Shown: positions 37,710-50,378 of the stretch, one piece after another
How positions within the stretch are numbered: the first letter of the stretch is position 1
Layout: every line of letters starts with the position of its first letter
Notes under the pieces: generated by a model
What the model was told of the DNA's origin: nothing
The model's input: only the letters and a program-made list of their open reading frames with translations
Databases searched by the model: none
Translations under genes and position numbers: made by a program
NCBI GenBank assembly: GCA_965644265.1
Contig: OZ286465.1
Coordinates: forward strand, 108,128,001 to 108,192,000
Reading direction: 5' to 3'
DNA from: Glycera tridactyla
Taxonomy: Eukaryota
DNA length: 64,000 nt

Positions 37710-38240
37710 GATCAGATTCATGTATTCGCAGTGGCCAGGGTGTGATCCTGTACGATTTTATGCACCATCTGATTTCAAACAGACATTTCCCTCAACTAGA
37801 GTCATTCTTGATGGATTTGAAACCCCATCCAAAAAAAGGAATGCATCAAGAGTAATTGTTGGGAGTCATCCCAGTTTGGATGGTTTCATATCTGTCAAGA
37901 AAATATGGAGGAACAAGTGATCATCAAATTATAGAGCGTAGCACCCTGGCTTCAAGAATAGATCCGGGTGATTCTTTGATGGTTGACTAGGGCTTTGATG
38001 TCCAGGATCTTCGTCCCCTTTGACTGCATGACGAACATTCCAACATTTTTCATGAATAAGAAATCGTATGACAGAGTCTACTTTACTGCATGTTCACAAA
38101 ATTTTATCAAAAAGGGCGAGTCATAGGCCTCGAAAAGACCTACAAAATCCACTGAAGCATACAGAATCTTTGACGGCGAGTGACATTACGTTTGTATGTT
38201 TTATGCTCACTAATTTCCGAAAATGTATTGTTCCCAGGAA
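36943..38240 (+). pseudogene. THAP + DDE_Tnp_4 (ISL2EU/Harbinger-like) transposase pseudogene; first partial copy at about 35090-35857
   Basis: After an AG acceptor: KHPGRQILKVSAVPSIF (THAP end); NQYFLTIMKLR..ELSRLFKVS..TWIRF..FPSTRVILDG; SDHQIIERS..DSLMVD*GF; FVCFMLTNF. Confidence 0.75.
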
Positions 38241-38288
38241 TGCTTGATCTTATATCAAAGCAACATGCACATATCACTGCTACGAACA

Positions 38289-38756
38289 GTTTTGTTTGTT
38301 TGTTTAGGTTTAACGTCCTTTCAACCACCCTTGGTTATATCAGACTCATAAACTGAAAATGCTGAAGCAAAGAGGCACTGCTGCTGGGGGCCATCCCTAC
38401 TCTTTGCGAAAGACAGCGGTGGTTCTTTTACGTGCATACAGGAAGACTCCAATTAACACAGCCGGCCTTTGATATCCCAGTCAGCATGCACTGGGTTCTG
38501 CTACAAACAGCTTCCGGAGATGTAGCCCTCAATACCACGATACCAATGGGTGTTTGTTTGTTTGTTTGAATTTAAAGTCACTTAAATGGGTTATATCAGA
38601 CTGAAAAACTGAAAATGCTGAAGAAAAGAGTCACTGCCTGCCGGGGGCCATCCCTATCTTTGCGAAAGACAGCAGTGGGTCTTTAACGTGCGTAAAGGAA
38701 AAGGCTCCTAAATACACGGCCGGCCTTTGATATCCCAGTCGGCATGCACTGGGTTG
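38289..38756 (-). mobile_element. Two short family B (I/Nimb 3' UTR) copies
   Basis: About 38289-38490 and 38550-38756, both ending at ...gcatgcactgggtt. Confidence 0.8.
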
Positions 38757-39559
38757 CCGATGGGTGTTGGTGGGTGATGTTCATGAGGATCTGTTCAATG
38801 ACCTAGTATCTGCTTCTAAAGTCAATATATGACATGATGACTAGTGGGATATCAAACAGCAACCATATTTTTTTTTCAAAATCATTGAATATTCATTCAG
38901 CTTTAATGATCTGAAACATTGCCTTTTTACTGAATCTGGTGATGTTTTCTACCAATAAAGACATATTCTTGGACTTCTGAGATGATCTTTCATCATCTAA
39001 TGGTAATCTTGCACAGATTAAATTTGAGATATAGACACCTTTTTTGAAGCGGCATATTGTGTAGCTTCAACAAGGCGAGGCCCGCCTTTACAGTGAAGGC
39101 TATGTTTTGAAGGGGCAGGTGATTCTGTATTTCACCTGCCTAATGGCCATAAACGCTGTGTCTAACAAAAACTATGATTCCCTACTCTGCGAAAGAAATC
39201 AACACTTTTCCTATGTCAATCAATGTACCTAGTAATAACGAAAATTCAGCTCATATATATTATATGTAGAATTGGCTTTTCCTTGGTTATTCCCACATGG
39301 AAAGTATGGATATAATTTTGGAAGACCATATAGAATTGGTCTGTCTATGGATATTAAATGTCGACTCTAACAAGCTGTGACCTACTCTGTGTATATATGT
39401 TATTGTTTATTGTGTTATTTGTGCTTCTAACGGGAAGAAATAGTCACTGTGACTTCCCACTCCGAAGCGTAATAAAGACTTTTTCAACTTCAACCTCAAA
39501 GATGGTGCATTTAGAGGAGATCGCTTGTATTTGTTGCATTCTGCAGTGTCATGATGTGT

Positions 39560-39830
39560 ACTTGCTCAATTCTATCATCAATATATATATATGCAAATGC
39601 GAAAGTCAGGTGAGTCTGATCAAGTAATTCGTGCTAGTGATGTGCGAAATCTGCATCAAAATCCTGATTTACTTGAGAATCCTTACATGTTCATGAGGAA
39701 TATCAAAGGTTCAGTTGCATACTTTCGTAATACATTGTGTGATCTTCCGGCAATGTTTGTTCTATTGGACCCCTAAAGCTATTCATGACATTGTCAGCAG
39801 ATGATCTACACTGCGTTGAACTTGAATTTG
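39560..39830 (+). mobile_element. Helitron Rep (Helitron_like_N) remnant
   Basis: ENPYMFMRNIKGSVAYF..TLCDL.AM..LGP then (frameshift) LFMTLSADDLH; cut by a (CTTGAA)n LINE tail at about 39820-39850. Confidence 0.7.
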
Positions 39831-41442
39831 AACTTGAACTTGAACTTGAAAAATCTTTATTTGACTCTGGACTGGGTGGCCAATACTGACCATCTCTTCC
39901 ATTAAGAGTGCAATACAACATATATACAAGATAACATAATAACAACACAGGGTGATAATACAGACTGGTTAGCCAATAAACTTTTTCAATCGCTTGATAG
40001 GGTGTATATTTCATCGATACTTATTTTCAGGTATAAGGTCTAATATGATTCGGGATTACAGATGGTCGATTGGGGGCCCTCCTTGACACCCATTCATATA
40101 TTTACTGAACAATTACCGATCGAGCACAAACAAAGAGTAGGAGGAATGCTGGATACAACATTAACGATATGAGCAAGTAACCTTTGAATTCTGATAGAAG
40201 CTGATGTCAGAGATATGTTTGATATAAGTTGACGTCTTTTGAAAATAAAGTGATAGTTGCAATATCAATAGACTTTCTTGGCTAACATCAGATATGTTTC
40301 CTAGGCATATTATACAGAAAATGTAGTCATTGGCAGTGACACCAATTAATACTACACTGCACAGTAAACAATTTTGTCAATTACGTCCAGAAAAGTGGTA
40401 ATTCATCAGTCACACCGGGTGACGTACCATATAGGTGACACAGACAACACACGATATAAGCCGAGTACACATAGAGGCAATTTTTCAGAAATGTCTGAAA
40501 TCAGAGCTTCTGCCTAGACACATACATAATCATGGTAGTAACACCGATTAATTAATACTACAATGATCAGCAAGCACATTTGCCAGTTACGTCCAGAAGG
40601 AGTGATAAGATTGACCGAGAAATAAGATGAGAGACAATTTGATAGTCACGCCGGGTGTCGCCAACTGGTGGGCCACAATGGTGCTCTTAATTCAATTATA
40701 GTGATTACCATATAGATATACCCCAAGCACACAGAGGTATTGTCCAGAAAGATTTCACGATGGTTGCCCCCAGGGGCAAAAATATATACAATTAGGCATA
40801 GCCTCACCAGATAACGCCAGATGGCGGGTCATGGTGGCGAGATAGAATACATATTCACATGAGCCAGACAGTAAACCTGATGATGGGCTACAGTGGCAAG
40901 TGACAGACTCCTTCTGAAGATTGGTCCGTGCCCACTCAGAATACGTACAAACTGGCAGTAGCACCGGGTAACGAGCCACAGTGGTGAGTGAGAATCAGTT
41001 ATATCGATAGCGCCAAATGGCGGATCGTGGTGGCAAAGTAGGGAAGATATCCACACAAGTCAGATAATAGATCAGGTAGCGCCAGTTTAAGGGCTATGAA
41101 AACTAGTGACAGACTCAACTCAGATGTCGGTCTATGCCCATTCAAAATTTATAAGTAGATAAATAAAAAAGTAAATAAATAAATAAATACACTGAGTAAC
41201 GCCAGATGGCGAGCCGCAGTGGTGATCATAAACAACAAAGTTGACTCAAAACTGCTTGAGTCTACGTCCAACGGAACTGGTTTTAAGCACAAAGAATGAT
41301 ACACATGTGAACATAATGAGTGCTCATATAAAACACCAATGGAGTATAGATATGATCGTATGGAACTTCACATGGCAGTTATACATTTCAGGATTTGCTG
41401 TAGTATTCCTTAACCATTGACTTGAAGCCACTCAGTGTCGAT

Positions 41443-41614
41443 TGGTTGGTTGGTTGGTTGGTTGTGGTTTAACGTCACGTCAGCACCATCTGGGCTATAT
41501 TGTGACGCCCATGCAATGGGCATGGGTGGGATCTTCCAAGACTCCTCCTTCTGGGTCCCAAACGGAAGGTGAAATGATATGAAAATCACAGACACAAAGT
41601 GCCATTTCAGAGAT
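41443..41614 (-). mobile_element. SINE-like family A copy
   Basis: 11-bp TSD tcagtgtcgat (41432-41442/41615-41625). Confidence 0.85.
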
Positions 41615-42280
41615 TCAGTGTCGATGCAGTTCAAACATCATGTGGTAGCCTGTTCCATAAAATGCCACTGGCTATAAAGACATTTCCATCTGTACACTGC
41701 AGCTTAGTTTTTGCAATTTTCAATAATCCACTTGTACACGAACGGGTAGAGTATAATAAATTTTGTGCAACATTATCGCGATACTTAGCTCGACATATCT
41801 CACTCAGACGAGAGGAGCATTTGCCGTTAAGAATTTTATACAGTTCAGAGAGTGCGTGTATTTCCCGTCGTGAGCCAATGTCGACAGAACCACTTTCCTG
41901 TAAAAGTGTATGCGTCGGAGTATGCTTATCTTTCCGAAGTACAGCTCGGAGGCAATTATTATGGGCAACTTTTAGCTTCGATTTTTGCTGTGCACTGAGA
42001 CCAAGTAGTAGCGAGTCTGCATAGTCAAAGAGTGGGATGATCAAAGATTTGGCCAGGTGCATAGCCAGTTTGTTGTCAATATGATTTCGCACTCTCCGCA
42101 TGAGACACGTTCGAGATTTGACTTTTTTTATTATATTTTCAATGTGATTAGTGAAGCTAAGTTGTGAGTCCAAGATTACACCAAGATATCTGAAGGTTGT
42201 AACACGATCGAAACCCAAGAACACGTTATCATTAGAAGTAATAGAGGCAAGTTTTTGTTTAGTTCCGAATTGCATAAACT

Positions 42281-43742
42281 CACTGTAAAATTTGCTGAGT
42301 CGACATAACTTGAAAAAATTGATGCAGCAGTGCTGCCTTATTTTTTATAAGTTAATGTAACTCGCTCAAACTGACTTGTTATACCTAGTATCAAGCAAGT
42401 TGATTCAACTTCTGTACTCACTCAAAATGACTTGTTATAACTAGTATCAAGCAAGTCGATTCAACTTCTGTACATTTTGACATAACTTGATGTGTTCTTT
42501 CAATCCAACTCTATATACTAAGTTAACTCAACTTGTCTAACAGTAGACTTCCATTAATATCACTGAATATCAAGTTGAACCAACTCGAAAGTATTGAGTG
42601 ACGGTGACTGATCCCTACAGATTTCACCAAATAGTTGACTCCAACTTCGCTTGGAATGGTCACCTGAAATGATAGGGATAACACACAAAAACTGATATAA
42701 TTGAGCTGGGAATTGAAGGATAGTTACATGAAATGATAAGAGTCAATAAAGTGCAGTTCAAGCTCAACCAGTGTATACCAACAAAACAAATATATGCCCA
42801 TTTCCAATAATGAAAATAGATATCAATACAGTAAACAGCCTATCCTCAATGACCTTTCTGAGACCAAGTTTTGATGTGATCAAGTATGGTCTTTGTATAC
42901 AGGTTTCACCTTTCTAGAAGCAACATCTCTGTGGAATATAAACACTTGCATAATATATGAGACCTGATAACCTGGAATGCTATCACAAACACTGATCACC
43001 TGCACATGAAATTGAGCTACACACTTGTCTGAGAGACCACCTCTACACAAAGACCACCTGCCTATGAGGGTCACCAAGAACTATAATCATGATAGCATTT
43101 TCACATTAAGCAACTTCTGTACAAAGACTGCCTGCCTTCATGGGTCATCGCTAAATGTAACCACAGATGGTCTTTGTAGATAGGTGTGACTGTACTAGAG
43201 TCAACCAATGCATGAGATGGCACTTACCTGCCCAAATCTGAATCTAGGTCATGGCTGTAATTCAAATATGAATCAACTGGCACACATGATATCACAAACC
43301 CCAAACAATCAATGTCGAAGAGACAGCTCGCTCAATATTGATGCATCAAATTGAGAATGTGTAGATTGATAATTACCTACTTGGCTGGATTGAATAGGAT
43401 TATGAGACAAGTCACTTGATGAATGTCTGTTACAGCAGTTTGGCAGAGTAGCGCGGATTATAAGTGGCAGATTAGATACTTGACCAGCAGGGGAAGGAGA
43501 CAGGATGTACACAATCCCCTCTCACACACACACACCCTGTATCCATGGTAGATGCAGGAGTGAATCATAAACACCTGGCCTTGATTTGGCAGCAGAACAA
43601 GTATAAACTTATATCGCATCAGTTGACTTAACTTGCAAAACCTTATTTGTCATCTGTACTATGAAATTTCAAGTTATCATAACTTATCAAGTTCAGATGA
43701 CTCATATATATTGAGTAGAGCTTACTAACAAATTTTACAGTG
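42281..43742. mobile_element. Non-autonomous EnSpm/CACTA-like element with nested pogo-type MITE
   Basis: Perfect 14-bp TIR cactgtaaaatttg/caaattttacagtg; 2-bp TSD CT. Confidence 0.8.
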
Positions 43743-44159
43743 CTTAGACTTGGAGGGATTGAGAGTCAATCTATTCTTTGCAAACCAGGAATCAAGAGCA
43801 TCAATATCAGGTTTCAGTTTTGACAAGTTTGCCTGTTCGTCAGATCCAGAGACTAAGAGAGCGGTGTTATCCGCATACATAAATATTCGCGAGTTGACCA
43901 CAACATCTGGCAAGTCATTGATATATAGCACGAAGAGTAGCGGTCCGAGAATGGACCCCTGTGGAACACCATGACTGATTAGACAGGGAGAAGATGAATC
44001 AGAACCAAACTTTGTACATTGCGACCTATCATAAAGATATGAACTTGGGATGTTACTACACAATGAGAATTTCAGTGAAGCTGCTGAAACAGGAAGTATA
44101 TTTTCATCTTATTTCATCTGGTGCCACACATTTTGACAGAAGATTCGAGGCTCTGATGA

Positions 44160-44745
44160 AGTTTCTTTGTTTGTTTTAGTTTGACGTCACTTAAACCCAC
44201 CTGGGTTATATCGGACTGAAAAACTGAAAATGCCGAAGAAAAGAGTCACTGCCAGCCGGGGGCCGTCCCTACTCTTTGCGAAAGACAGCAGTGGATTTTT
44301 AATGTGCGTAAAGGAAAAGGCTCCTAAATACACAGCCGGCCTTTGATATCCCAGTCGGCATGCACTGGGTTAGCATGCACACGATTCATATTTGTCTAAA
44401 TATTCCCAATTCATGCAAATAACCAAATATGTCTGTTGGATCAACGTTTGTTTGTTTGTTTGTTTTAGTTTAACGTCACTTAAACCCGCTTGGGTTATAT
44501 CGGACTGAAAAACTGAAAATGCTGAAGAAAAAGAGTCACTGCATGCCGGGAGCCGTCCCTACTCTTTGCGAAAGACAGCAGTGGATCTTTAACGTGCGTA
44601 AAGGAAAAGGCTCCTAAATACACGGCCGGCCTTTGATATCCCAGTCGGCATGCACTGGGTTAGCATGCACACGATTCATATTTGTCTAAATATTCCCAAT
44701 TCATACAAATAACCAAATATGTCTGTTGGATCAACTTTCATGAGA
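44160..44745 (-). mobile_element. Two head-to-tail I/Nimb LINE 3' ends (family B)
   Basis: About 44160-44446 and 44447-44745; each has a tail, the 3' UTR and the ORF2 terminus (..ELGIFRQI*). Confidence 0.85.
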
Positions 44746-44746
44746 A

Positions 44747-45215
44747 GTTGTGTAGTCTCAGATTGAGTGCTTCCACTAAGGGTAGTGTGGGTTGGCGTGG
44801 CGTGGCGTGTCTTGGCCACGTAGGGTGACATTGGCTTTCCCCAATGGCGAGACGCCCCGACCCTGTCCATAAGTAGAATATTGGAATTATGAAATTCAAA
44901 TATTTGATAGTCAATTGGCCTACATCTCCATCTCAATGAACTTGTACCCCAACACACATAAAGATGGACATGCAGACAAACATCTCACGAAACACATGTG
45001 GGTCATGACTGATGCCCAACCCCAGACTATGACATAACTTCCAGCACAATATGTCTTGAACGAAATTGCACTAGCCATAGAAGTGGAGGCATGGACTGGG
45101 TTGGGGCGTCTCGCCATTGTGGAAAGCCAATGTCACCCTACCACGTGGCCAAGCCCCACCACGCCACGCCACGCCACGCTACCCCTAGCAGAAGTGTCAA
45201 TCTGAGCCTACACAC
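44747..45215. mobile_element. MITE/foldback with ~120-bp imperfect TIRs
   Basis: 44747-44868 is the reverse complement of about 45092-45215 (ggcgagacgcccc/ggggcgtctcgcc; (cgtgg)n/(ccacg)n). Confidence 0.7.
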
Positions 45216-46057
45216 ATTCGACAGCCACGCCTTGGCTGGATAACACCACTTCAGATCCATCAACTACACCCCATCAGCAACCCTTCATCGAACACACATC
45301 TTCAGTTACAGTACACATTATCACTCCACACCTACACACGGTATTCATGTAACTGAAGATTGGAGAAGAACAAAAGAATGAAGCTGAAGGAAAGGAAAGC
45401 TGTTGCATCTGTGGATTTCATCTTACTCAATCCCCTGAAGAACATGTGACCAAACCCCAAGGTCATATATGGTGAAGAAACCTTGGATTTTGTGCCTCTT
45501 GCAACACAGACATTGCTTCTGACATTGATTCTTCACTCAGCGGAACGTAATGCACAGGCTGTGGCTGAAACTGTAAGTAGCTGAATATTTGTAGGTTACT
45601 TCTGTGGATGGTGGATTGTTGATCATAGTGAAGCTAAATTAGAGGAAGTAAGCAGTTGTCTATGGCTGACGGAGCAGATACGAAGTACACACCACAAAAC
45701 TTCACACCTAAGTCAGAGCCAGCAGCAGACGGACATGTCCAAAATACACGACAACAAATAAAAGATAAGAAGAAAATGTCACACTTCAACTGCATCAAAC
45801 TAAAAGCCTTTACTGGCAAGCCAAATGAAGATGCCAGCAGATGGTCAAATAGATTCCAGCAGTATGCCATGTTCAAAGGCCTCAATGAAGAGGAAAAGTT
45901 GGCTTCAATGTACTTCTTTCTTAAGGATGCAGCTCTGGATTGGCTTGAGAGTCTGCCAGAAGAATCAACAAAGAATCTGACTGCCATCACTAAAGCATAC
46001 AAACTCAGGTACAGCCCCAGAAAAGAAAGCAAGTTCCTGAGGGTGGCCGAGTTGTTC

Positions 46058-46295
46058 AACAGGAAACAAACAAACAGAGAGCAAGCGCTGGACTTCATTA
46101 GCTCCATTCAGAAGGATGCCAGCAGGCTGAAGCTGCCTGAAGAGCAATCAATGTAGGCTGCAATCAGCGGCCTCTTAACAGGAAACAAACAAACAGAGAG
46201 CAAGCGCTGGACTTCATTAGCTCCATTCAGAAGGATGCCAGCAGGCTGAAGCTGCCTGAAGAGCAATCAATGTAGGCTGCAATCAGTGGCCTCTT
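46058..46295. repeat. 119-bp tandem duplication within Gypsy gag
   Basis: 46058-46176 and 46177-46295 nearly identical. Confidence 0.9.
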
Positions 46296-48065
46296 GCCAC
46301 ATGTAAGAAATAAGGTTATAAAGGCAAGTCCGAAGTCTATCGACGACGTGATAAAGGTAGCCTCCTTGGTTGAACTTTGTGCAGAGGGACCATCCACATA
46401 TCGTGGAGCCTCTGTTAATGCCATAGATGTCAACGGTCCACATGAAGCTATTCACCTCTTAACGGCAAAAGTGAATGAACTTTCCCTAGACAGATGTGGA
46501 AGAGAGTGATCACCAGGACGAGTGTGATTTGGGACCAGCCGCAGAGAGGACAGACGAAGCCTGGATCGAGGATGTTCAACTAGCCGAGAGCGGTACGACT
46601 CAAGAGGACGTGGAAGCCGAGATGGGAGCCGCGACAGGGCCAGTGGTGATGCCACCTCCAAGAAGAATTGCGCGTATTGTGGGGTAAGTGACCACAATTT
46701 CAATCAATGCCGCTATAAGGATAGGAAATGTAATATTTGTAGGCGTATTGGACACCTGGCAAAAGTGTGCTGGTTTGCGAAATCATCCTGCAACCAATAG
46801 GATAGCGCGCCTATCCCGACTTTTGGTCGGGATAGGCAAACGTTGGATGAAGTTCAGGGTCCTATAGTGATCCATAATCTGAATATTGAAAATGATGTCA
46901 TCAGTGATTTGAAAGACATGAACATGGTAAGGCTGACAGCAGAGGGAGTGGTTTCGCATGGGCTGGTGGATTCAGGTGCAGTTTTATTCTGCATCTCCAA
47001 TAAGTGTATGCAGGATCACAAAAATCTGGCTGATGTGAAACTGAATGAAACCCCACATCCATTTGTACAGGGAGTGGGGGATAGCCTGATCAATGTGCAT
47101 GGAACAGTAGAATTAGAGATTGAAATCAACAAACTGGTGACAACTCACACTTTTCTGGTACTGGATAGAATGCATCAATCAATCATTCTGGGTTGTGACT
47201 TCATTGAGGATAACCATCTGATTGTCAACCTGCCAGAGGGAGTGTTGGAAGTGAGAGAGGGGATCACAATGGAACATATAGGAATCCATCAAACTGCTCC
47301 CAATTTTGCCTATGCCAGACTGAAATGCAGTGTTTCCCCCATGCAGCAAGCATTTATTCCTGCATGCGTGAATCACTGTGAAGAAACCGATGATATATTG
47401 TGTGAACCTTTTGACACCACCTCTGAGGTCATCACACCTAGTGATGACCCTCTATCTGATACAACCAATCCCAATATATGTAGCTAGTCAGTGCGCGAGG
47501 GCACCAACAACTTTGATGATTACGTCAAAATTGCTCTTGAGATGGGCACTGACCTATCAAAATCTGCCTTATCTGAGGCTGATAAACAGGAATTTCTTGC
47601 ATTCTTGGGTTATAATAGATATTTTTGCTACATCGCTCTTTGAATTAGGGTCTGTCAGAAACCATACACACACCATTGATACAGGGGACCACCGTCCCAT
47701 TAGGAAATCCCTCTATAGACAAGCACCACAATTCAGAAAAGAAACAAATAGGCAAGTACAAGAAATATTAGCAGCAGGCATAATTGAGACATCTGCATCA
47801 CCATGGCAAGCACCAGTAGTTATGTGTGAAAAGAAAGATGGTGGTCTACGACTAGCCATTGACTACCGAGGTCTTGCGATGTCAGTCAAATCGTCACATG
47901 GCCATTACCACGCTTTGAATCTGTCAGATTGCATTGGTGAAAACGGGGGAAAATTTCTTTCCTTGATTGATTTAGCAAATGGATTTTGGCAAATCCCCCT
48001 GGATTTGTGACCATGGAAGGTGTCTAACAATTCAAAAGTTACTGTTTGGGTTAGCCAATTCTCCA

Positions 48066-48712
48066 GTTTGTTTGTTTGTTCGTTTGAATTCAACGTCACT
48101 TAAACCCGCATGGGTTATATCTGACTGAAAAAACTGAAAATGCTGAAGAAGAGTCACTGCCTGCCGGGGGCCGTCCCTACTCTTTGCAAAAGACAGCAGT
48201 GGATCTTTAACGTGCGTCAAGGAAGAGACTCCTATCAACACGGCCGGCCTTTGATATCCCAGTCGGCATGCACTGGGTTAGCATGCATACGATTCATATT
48301 TGTCTAAATATTCCCAATTCGTGCAAATATTCAAATATGTGTGTTGGATCGACTTTCATGAAAAGTTGTGTCATATTTTCAACAGTGTAATACTTAACTC
48401 TAGTTTGCGATAGTTTTCTACAGTCGAGCATTAAATGTTTGACTGTGAGATGGCATCCGCATGCAAAGCAATTTGGATTGCCTTGTTTTTTCAGAAGGTG
48501 TGAATGGGTGAGATATGTATGTCCTATCCTCGGACAAGAAAGTACTATCTCCTCTCTTCTATTCATAGTTCTCACAGGGAATCTGTCCTCAAGTTTTGGT
48601 CTGATGCGATATAATTTATTTCGCTTTTTGGTTCCCCATTCATTCTGCCAGAGTTGGTCAATATAGAGCTTTATTCTTGGTTTGAAGTCAGAATAATGGA
48701 TTTCCATCAACC
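48066..48712 (-). mobile_element. I/Nimb LINE 3' fragment inserted in Gypsy RT
   Basis: ORF 48294-48710 (RIGHTYLTHSHLL..C..CGC..LTVKH..C zinc motif) plus family B UTR; flanks rejoin as LFGLANSP|STFGLVM. Confidence 0.9.
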
Positions 48713-49118
48713 TTCGGATTAGTGATGTCTGATGTATTAAGAGGATTAAATTGGAGGAAACTCATTGTATATGTTGATGATATTCTTATATTCAGCAAGT
48801 CTCTTGAGGACCACATGCAAACACTAGCTGCAAACACTAGATGATGTCTTTCAAAGACTGAGGCAAGCCAACCTCAAAATCAAGCCAACCAAATGTGAAT
48901 GGGTTGCAAAAGAGGTCAAGTATCTTGGGCACATCATTACCAACAGAGGTATGCTGTGGATCAATCAAAAGTGAAAGTTACCAACCCCCAAAATCCAAAG
49001 GATGTGAAATCCGCATTGGGACTATTCTCATACTACAGAAAATTTGTCAAATCTTCCAGCCAATTAGCAGCCCCCCTGAACAAGCTACTTCAGAAAGAAG
49101 TACCATTTCTGTAAACAC

Positions 49119-49420
49119 ATGTATACTTGGAAAGATGCAGTGGGGGCTGCAGAAATTGCCAGCCGCACATGTGCTGCAGCTATGAACCTGATTCACCGAC
49201 ATCATTCTGTCCGATCAGTATCAATATTCTCCGTGATACCTCGTGGTGCTAATATGTCATGCACTGAAGAGGAATTTCTCCTCAATGCTGCTGAATATAA
49301 CAGCACATTGAAAAGGCTATGTGCTAACTTCGAACGATTACGGGGATTCTCTGGCCTCGATGTTGCCACCCCAGCCCAGATAAACAATGGAGTGATGATC
49401 GGATCCATTTTCGCACAGTT
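49119..49420 (+). pseudogene. SGNH-hydrolase-like remnant
   Basis: VSIFSVIPRG...AAEYNSTLKRLC resembles the central SGNH block of TE-borne esterases. Confidence 0.4.
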
Positions 49421-50378
49421 GTCAACCCATCTGGGATTGACAACACAGATAATGTTTCCCCAATGCAAAAATACACACGCCGTGTCTTCTTTGCAATGAA
49501 ACACCACCTTTCTGATCCATAATCTTACTTGTAATTCACTGGTTGTCAGCTGTATGCCTCTCTAATTGGGGGCACTTGTGGATTGCAAGAATCCCCCCCC
49601 CCCCGTTTAATTTTCTTCCTCCTTTTATATCCATTGATATAATGCAGTGAAGCCTGTCTTGGGAGAACCCTCTTTTGGGAGACCACCCTCTAATGGGTGA
49701 CCCATTGGCTCTCCTCTATTTGGCATAGTCAAATATACCTCCAATGAGAAACCACCTGTCTTGAGAGACCGCTTTTTCTTGGCGTTAGGGGCAGTCTCCC
49801 AAGACAGTTTTGTACAGTAATAATGATGATGATTGAAATGAGCTCTCAGCTATTCTCCTAACCAGTCACCAAGCCATTGTTTTGTGCAATACAGCACTGT
49901 GGCTTTCAGATACCACTAAAACCCTATGTGAACCATACCGGTCTTTGCCCAACACATGTCGTGTATACCTGATGTCAGCCCTCAGTATCAGGGTTTTTCT
50001 CAACATGCATATGCCATGCATATACCTCAAAATTGGGACCAGTCACCTCCCTGCTAGGCTGTACCTGTCTTCAGGGATCTCCTCTATGCCGAGCCCATGC
50101 ATGAGTTAGTATCTGTCCTGCCGCACATGACGTGCATGCACATGCATTACTCATCTATTATTCCAGGCACATGCCGTGTGCGAATTGCCGCTTCATTATA
50201 CTTTGTCCTGGGCATATGCCGTGTCCACGAGAGGTCTTATCATGCCTTCATGGCAATGACATATTATTTTTCATTCTAGTGCCTCCAAAAATTCGCAAAA
50301 AGTGTGGCGGCCAAGATGATGCATGAGCTGAACAAAACACTGCTAGATCTTCAGCAGAAAGTGTCCATTCTCGAGCAG

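Larger units (their letters stand above)
41395..44063 (-). mobile_element. CR1/L2-type LINE RT 3' fragment split by an EnSpm-like element and a SINE
   Basis: GVPQGSILGPLLFVLYINDL..YADNT (43725-44063) rejoins FMQFGTK..FRYLGVILD..LWNRLP (41631-42275) in frame after removing the insert. Confidence 0.9.
45656..49115 (+). mobile_element. Gypsy/Ty3 LTR retrotransposon gag-pol, degraded
   Basis: Gag (FTGKPNEDA..W..F..Y), two CCHC knuckles (CAYCGVSDH; CNICRRIGH), protease LVDSGA, RT (SPWQAPVV..KKDGGLRLAIDYRGL; IDLANGFWQI; YVDDILI; VKYLGH); LTRs not identified. Confidence 0.9.

Noticed and set aside
45220-45655. Gypsy 5' LTR and PBS
   Set aside because: No second LTR copy, TG..CA pair or convincing PBS found.
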